From a bacterium (GTDB taxonomy: Bacteria; Patescibacteriota; Minisyncoccia; Minisyncoccales; JAGLPU01), in the NCBI GenBank assembly GCA_030635055.1, contig DAOVZN010000001.1:18837-82836 (forward strand): a stretch of 64,000 nucleotides of DNA, written 5' to 3'. The position numbers were made by a program, and so were the translations under genes. Under the pieces are notes generated by a model, which worked only from the letters and a program-made list of their open reading frames with translations, did no database searches and was not told the DNA's origin. Positions 9,042 to 18,056 of this stretch are shown piece by piece (within the stretch, counting starts at the first letter, position 1; each line of letters opens with the position of its first letter).

Positions 9042-9679
9042 TCTTCTTTTTCTTTTTCAAAAATCTCTTTAAAGTCCATATCTAAACCATTGTCAAAAAC
9101 TCCCTTAATGTCGTTCTTTAAACATAAAAGGAGGAAAACGCTGACCAAGCCCAATGAAGAAACTGACGCAAAAACAACTTGAAAACCAAATTGCGTGGCT
9201 GCCCATCCGCCTAAGGCTCCTGATATTCCCATACCAACACCGACTGAAGTAGCGTCAAGCCCCCATTCTGTCGCTTCTTTCCCTTTATCTATATGGCGGG
9301 TAAAAATTGCAGACCAACCAGACAGCGATATTGCCATTGCTAGAGCGTGAACTGCCTGAATAACATAAATGTGCCAAGGAACTTTGGCAAAAATGAAAGC
9401 AAGCGGAGTAAGGGCGGCAATAAAAAGCCCGGCAGTCAAAAATAAATAATCATCCCTTTCCGCCGGATGGCGGTCCAGAAATATCCCGATCGGAATTCTA
9501 AAAGCAGATCTTAAAATCCAATAAACAGCAGCTGCCATTCCTGCTACAAAAATCGTTCCTCCGTCAATTTTTTCTATAATAAAAATAGAGAAAATCGGCG
9601 TGATTAATCCCCAACCTGCCCAGAATAACAAGTCGCTTAAAACCAGATATTTAATAATACGATTAGGTTTAAATTTCAT
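9038..9679 (-). CDS. six-TM membrane protein (MFS-like half-size transporter?)
   Basis: 213 aa and strongly hydrophobic, with about 6 predicted helices. Family assignment is uncertain. Confidence 0.45.
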   Translation of the reverse strand: MKFKPNRIIKYLVLSDLLFWAGWGLITPIFSIFIIEKIDGGTIFVAGMAAAVYWILRSAFRIPIGIFLDRHPAERDDYLFLTAGLFIAALTPLAFIFAKVPWHIYVIQAVHALAMAISLSGWSAIFTRHIDKGKEATEWGLDATSVGVGMGISGALGGWAATQFGFQVVFASVSSLGLVSVFLLLCLKNDIKGVFDNGLDMDFKEIFEKEKEE

Positions 9680-10653
9680 TTGCGATTATTTTTAAATAAA
9701 GTATTTTTTAACAATTCCAATCCCGCATGGAATAAAACAATAATACCGACCAAGGCAATAGCAAGCTCTGCTCCCCTTATAATCATAGTAAAAGCAGCTG
9801 CTGTTCCTGTTTTTAGTCCAAAACTATTAAAAGCAAAAATTTGAACCAATTCATGGCTCCCTAAAGATGCGGGGATAGGGATCATTACAGCTAAATAAGA
9901 AAACCCGAGAATAGACAATGCTGGCAAAAACTTTATGCCCTCAACTAAAAACAATATCAACAGCCAAGTCCTAAAAAGCATAACTCCTCCCCTAAGAAAA
10001 GAAAGAAAAAGCCCTCTCCACATAGGAATTTCTCTTGGTTTGAAATAATTGAAAATCTCCCTTTCCATCTCCAAAGCCTGGCCATTCTTTATTTTTAAAA
10101 GATTTTTTACTACGCTTTCCTTTTTAAAAGTTTTAAAATAGAAAAAAGATATCGTTATGATAAAAAATAAAAATGTTGCGCCTAAAATTATTGCTAAGTT
10201 TCTTGGTGGCAGGCCTATTTTGAAAAGAAAAAAACCAAGGCCGAAAAAAATAACTATTAAATTCACTGTCCATTCTAAAATTCTGTCTATGACCACTGAA
10301 GCCATTCCTTTGGACCAAGGAATGTCATTCTTTTTTTTGAGAAAATAGCTTCGAAAAATCTCCCCTCCGAAAACTACCATAGGGAAAAGATACATCATGG
10401 AAAAACCAAGAAGGTAGGGCTTAAAGAGCTTTCTAAAAGGAATATTTGCTCCCTGACTTTTTAAAATATCCTTCCACTTCCAAGTGCCAATTACGGCCAT
10501 TAAAAGCGTCAGTCCCAAAATCAGAACACCTTGCCAGCCAGTGAAATCCAAGAAGCCCTCTTTAATTTGATCCCAGCCGACAACTTTGGTAGTTTCAATA
10601 AAAAGGCCGGATCCAATTAAAAGCAAAACTAGGAAAAGAATAATTTTCTTCAT
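9676..10653 (-). CDS. polytopic membrane protein, flippase-like / lysylphosphatidylglycerol-synthase TM-region family (UPF0104-like)
   Basis: 325 aa with about 8 TM helices and a conserved-looking FRSYFLKKK loop after TM3. Family call is from overall architecture only. Confidence 0.5.
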   Translation of the reverse strand: MKKIILFLVLLLIGSGLFIETTKVVGWDQIKEGFLDFTGWQGVLILGLTLLMAVIGTWKWKDILKSQGANIPFRKLFKPYLLGFSMMYLFPMVVFGGEIFRSYFLKKKNDIPWSKGMASVVIDRILEWTVNLIVIFFGLGFFLFKIGLPPRNLAIILGATFLFFIITISFFYFKTFKKESVVKNLLKIKNGQALEMEREIFNYFKPREIPMWRGLFLSFLRGGVMLFRTWLLILFLVEGIKFLPALSILGFSYLAVMIPIPASLGSHELVQIFAFNSFGLKTGTAAAFTMIIRGAELAIALVGIIVLFHAGLELLKNTLFKNNRK

Positions 10654-10680
10654 TGTTTTAAATTATACCCTATTTAAAAT

Positions 10681-11394
10681 TTATTCACAAAGTTTAATTA
10701 ATTCTTTTGCATTACTAACGGCACGCCCTTGAGCGTCATTGTTAAAATAAACATAAACATCCTTGTTTGTTTTAAGCCATTTCTTTATTTTTCCGGCCAG
10801 TTTTTTTAATTCTTCTTTTGTGTACTTTGAGGTAAATAAAACTTGCGAACCATGTTCCCTAAGATAAACAAAATCTGCTGTAACAGCTTCTATCTTCGGA
10901 TAGGAGGGAGAATCAGCAATAACCCATGCAGAATTATATTTTTCCAACAAGCAATAAATTTCTTTATCTGCCCAAGATTCGTGCCTAAATTCAAAAGCGC
11001 CTTTGGCAAACTTTAAAAAATCTTCCAATCTTGTTTTGTTTTCTGCCGTAGCCTTAAAGGAAGCTGGAAACTGGAATAAAATCGGTCCTAGTTTTTCTTT
11101 GAGATTCAGGGCATTTTTAACGAATTGCTGCCAAGCATCTTTTACATTCTTAAGCCTTTTAACATGGGTAATATAACGGGAAGCCTTAAGAGAAAATAAA
11201 AAACCCTTAGGGGTTTGTTGATGCCAATTGCTATAAGTTTGAGGTGAAGGCAAACGATAAAAAGAATAATTTACTTCTGCAGTCTTAAATTGCTGGGAAA
11301 AATATTTCAGTCTGTCTTTATCGGGCAAGCCAGTTGGGTAAAAAATATCATTCCAGTGTTTATAGGCCCAGCCCGATGTTCCAATATAGAGCAT
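10681..11394 (-). CDS. DUF72 family protein (YecE-like)
   Basis: N-terminus MLYIGTSGWAYKHWNDIFYP and the FEFRHESW motif are typical of DUF72. Confidence 0.8.
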   Translation of the reverse strand: MLYIGTSGWAYKHWNDIFYPTGLPDKDRLKYFSQQFKTAEVNYSFYRLPSPQTYSNWHQQTPKGFLFSLKASRYITHVKRLKNVKDAWQQFVKNALNLKEKLGPILFQFPASFKATAENKTRLEDFLKFAKGAFEFRHESWADKEIYCLLEKYNSAWVIADSPSYPKIEAVTADFVYLREHGSQVLFTSKYTKEELKKLAGKIKKWLKTNKDVYVYFNNDAQGRAVSNAKELIKLCE

Positions 11395-12569
11395 TAAACT
11401 CTTTGAATTTTTATAAATCTTCTTTTGCCGACTTGAACAATCATTCCTTCATGCAGCTCAATATCCTGCTTTGAATCTCCGCAAATCTTATCGTTGATCT
11501 TCACTCCTTTTTGGACAACCAATCTTCTCCCTTCTGATTTTGAAGAAGCTAATCCGGCTAGTTTCAACAAATCAAGAATATTAAGTTTGTCCTGAGAAAT
11601 TTTTAAAGTCGGCATTTGTCCAGGAACCTTCTTTTCTTGAAAAACTCTGGCAAATTCTTTAGCCGCTTTTCCTGCCGCGCTTTCTCCATAATATAATCTG
11701 ACAATTTCTTTAGCTAGTCTAACTTTGATGTCTCTGGGATTTTCTGTTCCTATTTTCTCTAAAGGCAACAGGGTGGCCATCTCAAAATATTGCGGCATTT
11801 GTTCGTCCTTCATCGACATTACTTTCCCATACATATCTTCCGGTTTATCAATAATATTAATAACATTGCCCCAACTAGTTGACATTTTCCTGCCGTCCAG
11901 CCCGTCAAGCATCTTCAAGGTCATAATATCTTGAGGTTTCTGCTTAAGCATTTTTTGCATTTCCCGTCCAATCTCTAAATTGAATAGCTGGTCAGAACCT
12001 CCCAGCTCGACATCAGCTTTTATCGCCACTGAATCATAACCCTGGAATAAAGGATAAAATAATTCATGAAGGCCGATAGGCTTATTCTGGTCCCAGCGTT
12101 CTTTAAAATTTCTGCGCTGAATCATTTGTTGGGCGGTAAAACTCATAGCTAATTTAATCAAATCTTCAATTCTTAATTTAGCCAGCCATTCACTATTATA
12201 GTGCAGCTCCACTTTATCCATATCCAAAATCTTGCCGATTTGTTTGGCATAATCTTTCATGTTTCTTTTAATTTCCTGACCGGTTAAAACAGGACGCAAA
12301 GATTGTTTATCAGAAGCATCGCCGATACGAGCTGTAAAATCGCCGATAATCAAAACAATTTGGTGTCCCATCTCTTGGAACGCTCTCAACTTCCAAAGCT
12401 GAGAAGCCCGGCCTATATGAATTCTAGGCCCGGTAGGATCAATCCCGTGCTTAATCCTTAACTTTTTGCCCGACCTTAATTTTTCCGCAAGGCTGTCCTT
12501 AAGAGAAATTCCTTCCACTCCCCTTTCCAATAATTCTTTTATTTTTTCTAAATCAGTATTAATTTTCAT
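11394..12569 (-). CDS. tyrS: tyrosine--tRNA ligase
   Basis: HIGH-type motif (PTGPRIHIGR), KMSKS-type motif (KMSTSWGN) and a C-terminal S4-like domain (SKSEGRRLVVQKGVKIND). Confidence 0.9.
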   Translation of the reverse strand: MKINTDLEKIKELLERGVEGISLKDSLAEKLRSGKKLRIKHGIDPTGPRIHIGRASQLWKLRAFQEMGHQIVLIIGDFTARIGDASDKQSLRPVLTGQEIKRNMKDYAKQIGKILDMDKVELHYNSEWLAKLRIEDLIKLAMSFTAQQMIQRRNFKERWDQNKPIGLHELFYPLFQGYDSVAIKADVELGGSDQLFNLEIGREMQKMLKQKPQDIMTLKMLDGLDGRKMSTSWGNVINIIDKPEDMYGKVMSMKDEQMPQYFEMATLLPLEKIGTENPRDIKVRLAKEIVRLYYGESAAGKAAKEFARVFQEKKVPGQMPTLKISQDKLNILDLLKLAGLASSKSEGRRLVVQKGVKINDKICGDSKQDIELHEGMIVQVGKRRFIKIQRV

Positions 12570-12597
12570 AGTAGTTTTATCCTAATACTTTTTAAAA

Positions 12598-13842
12598 TTA
12601 AAATAAAGCCTTTTGCTTAATGTGCTTTTCTCTTTCCGCCTCAGAAAAGATTTTTATTTTTCCAAAAACTCCATCATAGCCAGGCTCAATACGTACTTTA
12701 CCCTCTCTGACCCTTATGATTGCTTCTGCAATTTCCGGTAAAGTAAAGTTTTTTAGTTCTCCTAAAGGAATTTCCAATAAAATCTTGAATTCTGAGCCAA
12801 GATTTTTGATTAAATTTTGATACTCCTTATTTACTCCTTTAGTGTTTACTCCTAAACCTAAAGATTCGGCAATTATTTCCGACAAAGGAACCAAGCTTTT
12901 AAAAGGTATCGCCCCTTTGGGCTTAAATCCTTTTTTTCTATCTGCCAAGTCTTCAATCCTATTTAAAACTCCAATAACCAAAGATCTTCCGCAAACAGGA
13001 CAAATATTGTTGTATTTTTTTGATTCTTGCGGCGTTAAGCAAATATCGCAATCTCTGTGCCCGTCATAATGATATTTTCCTTCTTCAGGATAAAATTCAA
13101 TCGTGGAAACTAATTTAGTTTTTCCCGGCTCTCTTTTTATGGCACTGACAATTGACTTATAATTCATTTCGCCTTCAAAAATATTAGCTTCCCTTCCTAT
13201 TTTCGGCAATGAATGAGCGTCTGAATTGCTGATTAAAGTCATTTTGTCTAAGTTTGAATTCCTCCAGCTCATTGGAGGGTCCGAGGATAAACCGGTCTCG
13301 CCGGCAAAAATATATTTTGTGTAGTTTTCAAAACATTCTTCAATTGAATCAAATCCAGAGCGTGAACCAAAAAGAGAAAACCAGGGAGTATAAATATGGG
13401 CCGGAACAATCAAGCAATCTTCTGAAACATCAAGCGCAATCTTAGCCAGTTCCTTGGCATCAAGCCCCAGTATCGGCCGGCCGTCTGCTTTTAAATTCCC
13501 AATCTTGGCTAACTGACCATTGATCTTTTTAACAACCTCAAAACTTGGAGCAAAAATCACAATATGAATTTTCCTGACTTTGCCTCCCTTAGAATAAATA
13601 CAACTGATTTCAGTGGTAAGAATAAATCTGGTCTCGCTTCCATTCAACCTATATAGTCCCTGTTCGGCTGGTTCTAGTTTTTCCCTTAATTCCGCAAACC
13701 ATTCAGGATGGGTAAAATCAGCGGCAGTCAAAACTTCTATCCCTTTGATTTTTGCCCATTCGTCCATATGTTCCAAATCCATATTTTTGGAAGTCGCTCG
13801 GGAGTATTTGCTATGAAGATGGAAATCGCCAATAAATCGCAT
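12598..13842 (-). CDS. endonuclease Q-like PHP-domain nuclease
   Basis: N-terminal PHP motif GDFHLHSKYSRATS, SNSDAHS, GKYHYDGHRDC plus a CPVCGR zinc finger, and a C-terminal GYDGVFGKIKIF. Collinear with my recollection of archaeal/Bacillus EndoQ. Confidence 0.75.
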   Translation of the reverse strand: MRFIGDFHLHSKYSRATSKNMDLEHMDEWAKIKGIEVLTAADFTHPEWFAELREKLEPAEQGLYRLNGSETRFILTTEISCIYSKGGKVRKIHIVIFAPSFEVVKKINGQLAKIGNLKADGRPILGLDAKELAKIALDVSEDCLIVPAHIYTPWFSLFGSRSGFDSIEECFENYTKYIFAGETGLSSDPPMSWRNSNLDKMTLISNSDAHSLPKIGREANIFEGEMNYKSIVSAIKREPGKTKLVSTIEFYPEEGKYHYDGHRDCDICLTPQESKKYNNICPVCGRSLVIGVLNRIEDLADRKKGFKPKGAIPFKSLVPLSEIIAESLGLGVNTKGVNKEYQNLIKNLGSEFKILLEIPLGELKNFTLPEIAEAIIRVREGKVRIEPGYDGVFGKIKIFSEAEREKHIKQKALF

Positions 13843-13889
13843 ATATTTTATTTTATCATTTTTTATTTAAAAAGCCTAAAAAAAGAGGG

Positions 13890-14540
13890 CTAATTGCCCT
13901 CAAGAATACATTTTTTGATTTCTTCCAGGTTGTTACCTTCTATATAATGATTTGGCTCCGGAAGCGTTCTGACTTCTCCAAAAGTCTCTATTTCTTCAAC
14001 AATCTTCTTTGTATATTCTGTTCTCCCATCTTGCCGTATACGAAGCTTATTCTCTGGAGGAAGAAAGAAAATCATCTTAGTTCCGTTTTTCTTATGTTCC
14101 ATAAGCCCATACCAAATTTTGTGCCAGAAGTTTTTGCTTTCCAATTCCGCAAACCCCGGAAAATGTACAGGATCTGCTAAAAACTGTGTCTCATTCTCTC
14201 TGTATACAACTGTCCCATGCCCAAATACCGGGGCATAGAAAATTATTGTGTCAAAATTTAGTTCTTCTGACAATTGTGACACCACAGGTAGCCCATAGCT
14301 ATATACAAAAGCGTTGCTTCTTGCTCTTAGCTTTTTCGCCTTTATAATTACTCTCGCCTCTTCAACGGCTTTGTCTAAATTCCATCCGATAAGAGATTTT
14401 TCAGCTATTACTTTCGCTAAATAATCAATAATATCAAAATTGATATTATTCTTATGTAGAAAAGGAAACAATCCTCCTAATCTTTTCTCTGGAGTTTCCA
14501 TAGAAAACCCAGGAACCAAAACTAAATTTCTTTCTTGCAT
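13890..14540 (-). CDS. hypothetical protein (possible alpha/beta-fold)
   Basis: 216-aa ORF with no strong motif; VYSYG could be a degenerate nucleophile elbow. Confidence 0.45.
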   Translation of the reverse strand: MQERNLVLVPGFSMETPEKRLGGLFPFLHKNNINFDIIDYLAKVIAEKSLIGWNLDKAVEEARVIIKAKKLRARSNAFVYSYGLPVVSQLSEELNFDTIIFYAPVFGHGTVVYRENETQFLADPVHFPGFAELESKNFWHKIWYGLMEHKKNGTKMIFFLPPENKLRIRQDGRTEYTKKIVEEIETFGEVRTLPEPNHYIEGNNLEEIKKCILEGN

Positions 14541-14619
14541 TCATACCACCATCCATATATATTTTAAAGTTGCAATGTTTGTATCTAAACAATAGCACAA
14601 ACAAACTATTTGTCAATTT

Positions 14620-15741
14620 TTATTTCACCCAAAGAAAATAGAAAACCTCTAAACCAATTCCTAAAATAAAAACCAAGCCGGCTAAATATATCAAAGGATT
14701 CATCGTTTGAGAGCGCTTCTGTCGCAAAAACTTCCGATAAAGAAAGATAATTATCATTCCATCTATCCCAATAGTCAAGGCGCCAACAAAACCAATAATA
14801 TCAATAAACTCTTTGAAACCGATTAAAAACAAACCTAAAGGAACAAAACAAGTAATAAACCATGCTATATTTTTAGGAATATTGAAATCATACCAAAAAA
14901 TCTTTTTAAGAGTCAGTCCCACGGCAAGGAAAGAAGTAAAACAAGTAATAACTCCGAAAAGAAAACCAAAGACAAGAGTTCCATTTCCAACCACATCAAT
15001 AAACCCTCCCATTCCCGTTTTAGAAGTATTGGGTCCGGAGACTCCCAAAACAATAATAATAAAAAGCAAATAAATAAAAACAGAAAGCAAGGTTCCCGTG
15101 GCGATAACTTTTTTAAGTTCTCTCTGCTTCCCTTTCAACATCTCTTTGATTTCTGGAATAATAGACATTCCCCATAAGGAAAAAAGTATTACTCCGTAAG
15201 GAAGGGCAGCAAATTCCCAGTTTGTGTCGCTAAAATAATCTGTGTTGATAAAAGGGACCGCTCTAAAGGAAAATAAAGCCAAAATAGCGAAAAGAACCAG
15301 TGAAAGAACAAATTCTATTTGAGATATGCTTTTAATCCCCCTAAAAACAAAATAGGCTCCCAAACTAAAAAAAATTAAGGTATAAAGCAAGGAATCTCCG
15401 CCAAAAAAAGGAGAGAAAAAAAACTGGAGGAATTCTCCGCCCACAATCAGATAAGCCAATAAGGATCCACATATTCCTATGCTACCTGTTAACAAAGTTA
15501 CTCTTTTCCAAAAAGAACCAAAATATCTCCCCACATAACCAGGAAAACGATGTTCTCCTTTGGTTGCCAAACAAATTTCAGCGAAAAGAAAATGGATCAA
15601 AACAGCAATCCCGGCCATTAACAGAAAATAGAACAAGACAATAGAAAAACCTGTCTTATAAGCAACATAAGGCAGGCCGAAAATTCCCACTCCAATCACG
15701 GTACCGATAAAAACAGACAGCGCTTTTAAAAAATCGGACAT
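14620..15741 (-). CDS. amino acid permease-like transporter (about 11 TM)
   Basis: 373 aa and highly hydrophobic. N-terminal IGTVIGVGIFGLPY resembles the aromatic/neutral amino acid permease signature. Confidence 0.6.
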   Translation of the reverse strand: MSDFLKALSVFIGTVIGVGIFGLPYVAYKTGFSIVLFYFLLMAGIAVLIHFLFAEICLATKGEHRFPGYVGRYFGSFWKRVTLLTGSIGICGSLLAYLIVGGEFLQFFFSPFFGGDSLLYTLIFFSLGAYFVFRGIKSISQIEFVLSLVLFAILALFSFRAVPFINTDYFSDTNWEFAALPYGVILFSLWGMSIIPEIKEMLKGKQRELKKVIATGTLLSVFIYLLFIIIVLGVSGPNTSKTGMGGFIDVVGNGTLVFGFLFGVITCFTSFLAVGLTLKKIFWYDFNIPKNIAWFITCFVPLGLFLIGFKEFIDIIGFVGALTIGIDGMIIIFLYRKFLRQKRSQTMNPLIYLAGLVFILGIGLEVFYFLWVK

Positions 15742-15749
15742 ATTACGCG

Positions 15750-16106
15750 CTAATTTTTAATCAGCTTAATGCCAATGCCTGATACATGAGTTCCGCCAAA
15801 AATCAAAATCGTGGCAAAAATTGACCAAGAAATCAAATTCATAAGCCGAGGAATAAAATCGCTTGGAAACATTTCCCCTATTTGCTCTTTCATTGTTTCC
15901 TCCATCTGGCTCTGGATATCCTCCATGCTGGTTGCGACACTCACTTCCCCACCAGATTCCTCCACCACAGTTTCCGGAATTGTAAAAATCTCCGGCACTT
16001 CAGTTTTAGCGGTAAAAATATTATAACTGGAATAAAGGGCATAAAATATTATTATTACACCGATAAATAATAAAAGAAAGCCAATAATTTTTGTTGTTGA
16101 TTTCAT
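15750..16106 (-). CDS. small membrane protein
   Basis: 118 aa with N- and C-terminal TM helices and an acidic central segment. Confidence 0.5.
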   Translation of the reverse strand: MKSTTKIIGFLLLFIGVIIIFYALYSSYNIFTAKTEVPEIFTIPETVVEESGGEVSVATSMEDIQSQMEETMKEQIGEMFPSDFIPRLMNLISWSIFATILIFGGTHVSGIGIKLIKN

Positions 16107-16393
16107 TTTTGAGGTTTTTTAATAATAATTTTGTAAAGATTCTCCAAAAAATCACCGCCGGCATAACCGACAATAAAAGATAATGCCGGAGTAACTTCGC
16201 TTATTCCAAAATCAATTCCAGCTCCTTTCACGGCTACGGCACACAAAAGTCCGATTATGCCGGAAAGAAATACCATTGTAGAAAAATAAGGAAGGTTAAA
16301 GCCGACATTCTTATAGGAATATTGGTGTTTGATAAAACCCACCAAACCCCTGACCGCTCCTCCACCGAATCCGGCAATTAAAAAATAATACAT
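16103..16393 (-). CDS. small membrane protein (Gly-rich, 3 TM)
   Basis: 96 aa; 4-nt overlap with the downstream gene. Confidence 0.5.
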   Translation of the reverse strand: MYYFLIAGFGGGAVRGLVGFIKHQYSYKNVGFNLPYFSTMVFLSGIIGLLCAVAVKGAGIDFGISEVTPALSFIVGYAGGDFLENLYKIIIKKPQK

Positions 16394-16396
16394 AAA

Positions 16397-16675
16397 TTAT
16401 ATTTTATAAACCTTATATCCTTCCCTAACTTTCTTTTTTACTTTTAAACCAATAGCAGCTTTGGCCTTTGCTTTGGCAATTTTTTCATGCTCTGATTCCA
16501 TTGACTTTACCGGCTGTTTAAAATCAGTGTCTTCACCTCCGATAATGCGAATTTCATCCCCTGCCTTTAATGGCTTAGAAAGCTTAATCACCGCTACTTT
16601 CACTTTGCTAAAATAATGGATAACTTTTCCAATAAGCTGTTTTTTATTAGGAAGGATTTCTTTTATTTTTGCCAT
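16397..16675 (-). CDS. small EF-Tu domain-2-like beta-barrel protein (translation elongation factor-like protein)
   Basis: 92 aa. The pattern IGKVIHYFSKVKVAVIKLSKPLKAGDEIRIIG resembles the small elongation-factor-like proteins common in archaea and CPR. Confidence 0.5.
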   Translation of the reverse strand: MAKIKEILPNKKQLIGKVIHYFSKVKVAVIKLSKPLKAGDEIRIIGGEDTDFKQPVKSMESEHEKIAKAKAKAAIGLKVKKKVREGYKVYKI

Positions 16676-16680
16676 ATTGT

Positions 16681-17226
16681 CTAATCCTTGTTTTTTGCTT
16701 TTATTAAATTAACCAAACGCTTAACTAATCTTTGCGGATTTGTATCATAAATAATCCTTTTTTTTCCTTTCAAGGGACCCGCTGTCACCATTCTTATCTT
16801 ATCCGCTATTCCTCCTGAACCTTCTAATATCCCGATTGGCTTTTTGTCTTCAAAAGCAACGCTAAATTCATTTAAAGTGCCCATTCTTCCGCAAATAATA
16901 ATTACCGCATCAGACGATCTGGTCATTAAAAGATTCCGGCCGGAATAATCAAATCCAGTATAAACTATAACATCAAAATTATCCGTTGGAAGCTTATAGG
17001 CTTTTTTATGAGCGGCTTCTGTGGCAGCCGGAGAAAAACCAATACTAATCCCTTTAGCTTGTTTTGCTCCTTGAGCAGAGCAATAAGGCAAACCAATAGT
17101 GGCGCCGGTAATCAAAATACAGCCCTGTTTAACTATTTCTTCGCCTATTTCTTTGGCCAGTTCATGCGCGCATTCAGGACAAATCTTAGTATCGGCAGAT
17201 CCGGCAACAGCAATTTTGTATTTCAT
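16681..17226 (-). CDS. TIGR00725/LOG-like Rossmann-fold protein
   Basis: IAVAGSAD..., ILITGATIGLP and the PGGxGTxxE-like GRMGTLNEF motif. Confidence 0.6.
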   Translation of the reverse strand: MKYKIAVAGSADTKICPECAHELAKEIGEEIVKQGCILITGATIGLPYCSAQGAKQAKGISIGFSPAATEAAHKKAYKLPTDNFDVIVYTGFDYSGRNLLMTRSSDAVIIICGRMGTLNEFSVAFEDKKPIGILEGSGGIADKIRMVTAGPLKGKKRIIYDTNPQRLVKRLVNLIKAKNKD

Positions 17227-17261
17227 ATATTTATTCTAACAAAAATTAATGTTTTTATCTA

Positions 17262-17333
17262 TGCCCCCGGGCTGATTCGAACAGCCAGCTCCTCCTCCGG
17301 AGGGAGGTGTCTTATCCGTTAAACTACGGGGGC
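17262..17333 (-). tRNA. tRNA-Arg (anticodon CCG)
   Basis: Hand-folded cloverleaf of 72 nt. Acceptor GCCCCCG/CGGGGGC, D-arm GTTT/AGAC, anticodon stem CCTCC/GGAGG with loop CTCCGGA, T-arm GGCTG-TTCGAAT-CAGCC, discriminator A. CCA is not encoded. Confidence 0.85.
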
Positions 17334-18056
17334 AGGCTTATGGGCTACAATATAAATATCGGAATATTTCCATTCTTTTCCGGTAGTCCAAATTTTTGCT
17401 ACCTCAAAATCTGCTTTTTCAGTTAAAGACTTCAGTTCATTTTTGGTAAAAAAATGATAATAGCGCGATGCTTTGTCCCCCCAAGGGATAAAAGTATCGC
17501 CAAAGTCAAGTTTGGAAGCGCCAATGATTTTTAGAAATGTGCTCTTGATCAGCCTAAAAAGATTTTGTTTATCCCGACATTCCCAAACATTCCAAACCGT
17601 TAAAATTAAAGTTCCTCCCGGTTTAAGCACTCTATTCGCTTCAGCTAAAAATTGGGTTCTAAATTCTTGGGAAGGAAGGTTGTGCAAGGCTCTAATGCTG
17701 TAAATTTTGTCAAAATGATTATCAGGAAAGGGCAGATTTAAAGCGTCTGCCGTCTGGAAATGCAAGTGGGGATAATTTTCTTTTGCTATTTCAATCAACT
17801 CGCCGGAATTATCAACGCCAACATAGTCTATTTTTTTGTCTTTGAAAATTTTATATAAACGACCATTGCCACAGCCCAAATCCAAAACCCTTTCTTCTGG
17901 AACAACATATTCTTTCAAACAATCAATGTCCCAAACAAAACCTCTTGACCTTGTAAAATGCAGGGCAATTCGGTTATAATTCTGACAAGTTTCCTTTAAT
18001 AAATATTTTGCGTATTCTCTATCCATAAAATGCAAACTGCTCAAGCCATAATCCAA
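17319..18056 (-). CDS. class I SAM-dependent methyltransferase, Trm9-like
   Basis: Motif I VLDLGCGNGR. IYSIRALHNLPSQEFRTQFLAEANRVLKPGGTLILTVWN resembles the Trm9/ALKBH8 methyltransferase core. An alternative start (MDREYAKY) lies at 18026. Confidence 0.65.
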   Translation of the reverse strand: MDYGLSSLHFMDREYAKYLLKETCQNYNRIALHFTRSRGFVWDIDCLKEYVVPEERVLDLGCGNGRLYKIFKDKKIDYVGVDNSGELIEIAKENYPHLHFQTADALNLPFPDNHFDKIYSIRALHNLPSQEFRTQFLAEANRVLKPGGTLILTVWNVWECRDKQNLFRLIKSTFLKIIGASKLDFGDTFIPWGDKASRYYHFFTKNELKSLTEKADFEVAKIWTTGKEWKYSDIYIVAHKPAPVV

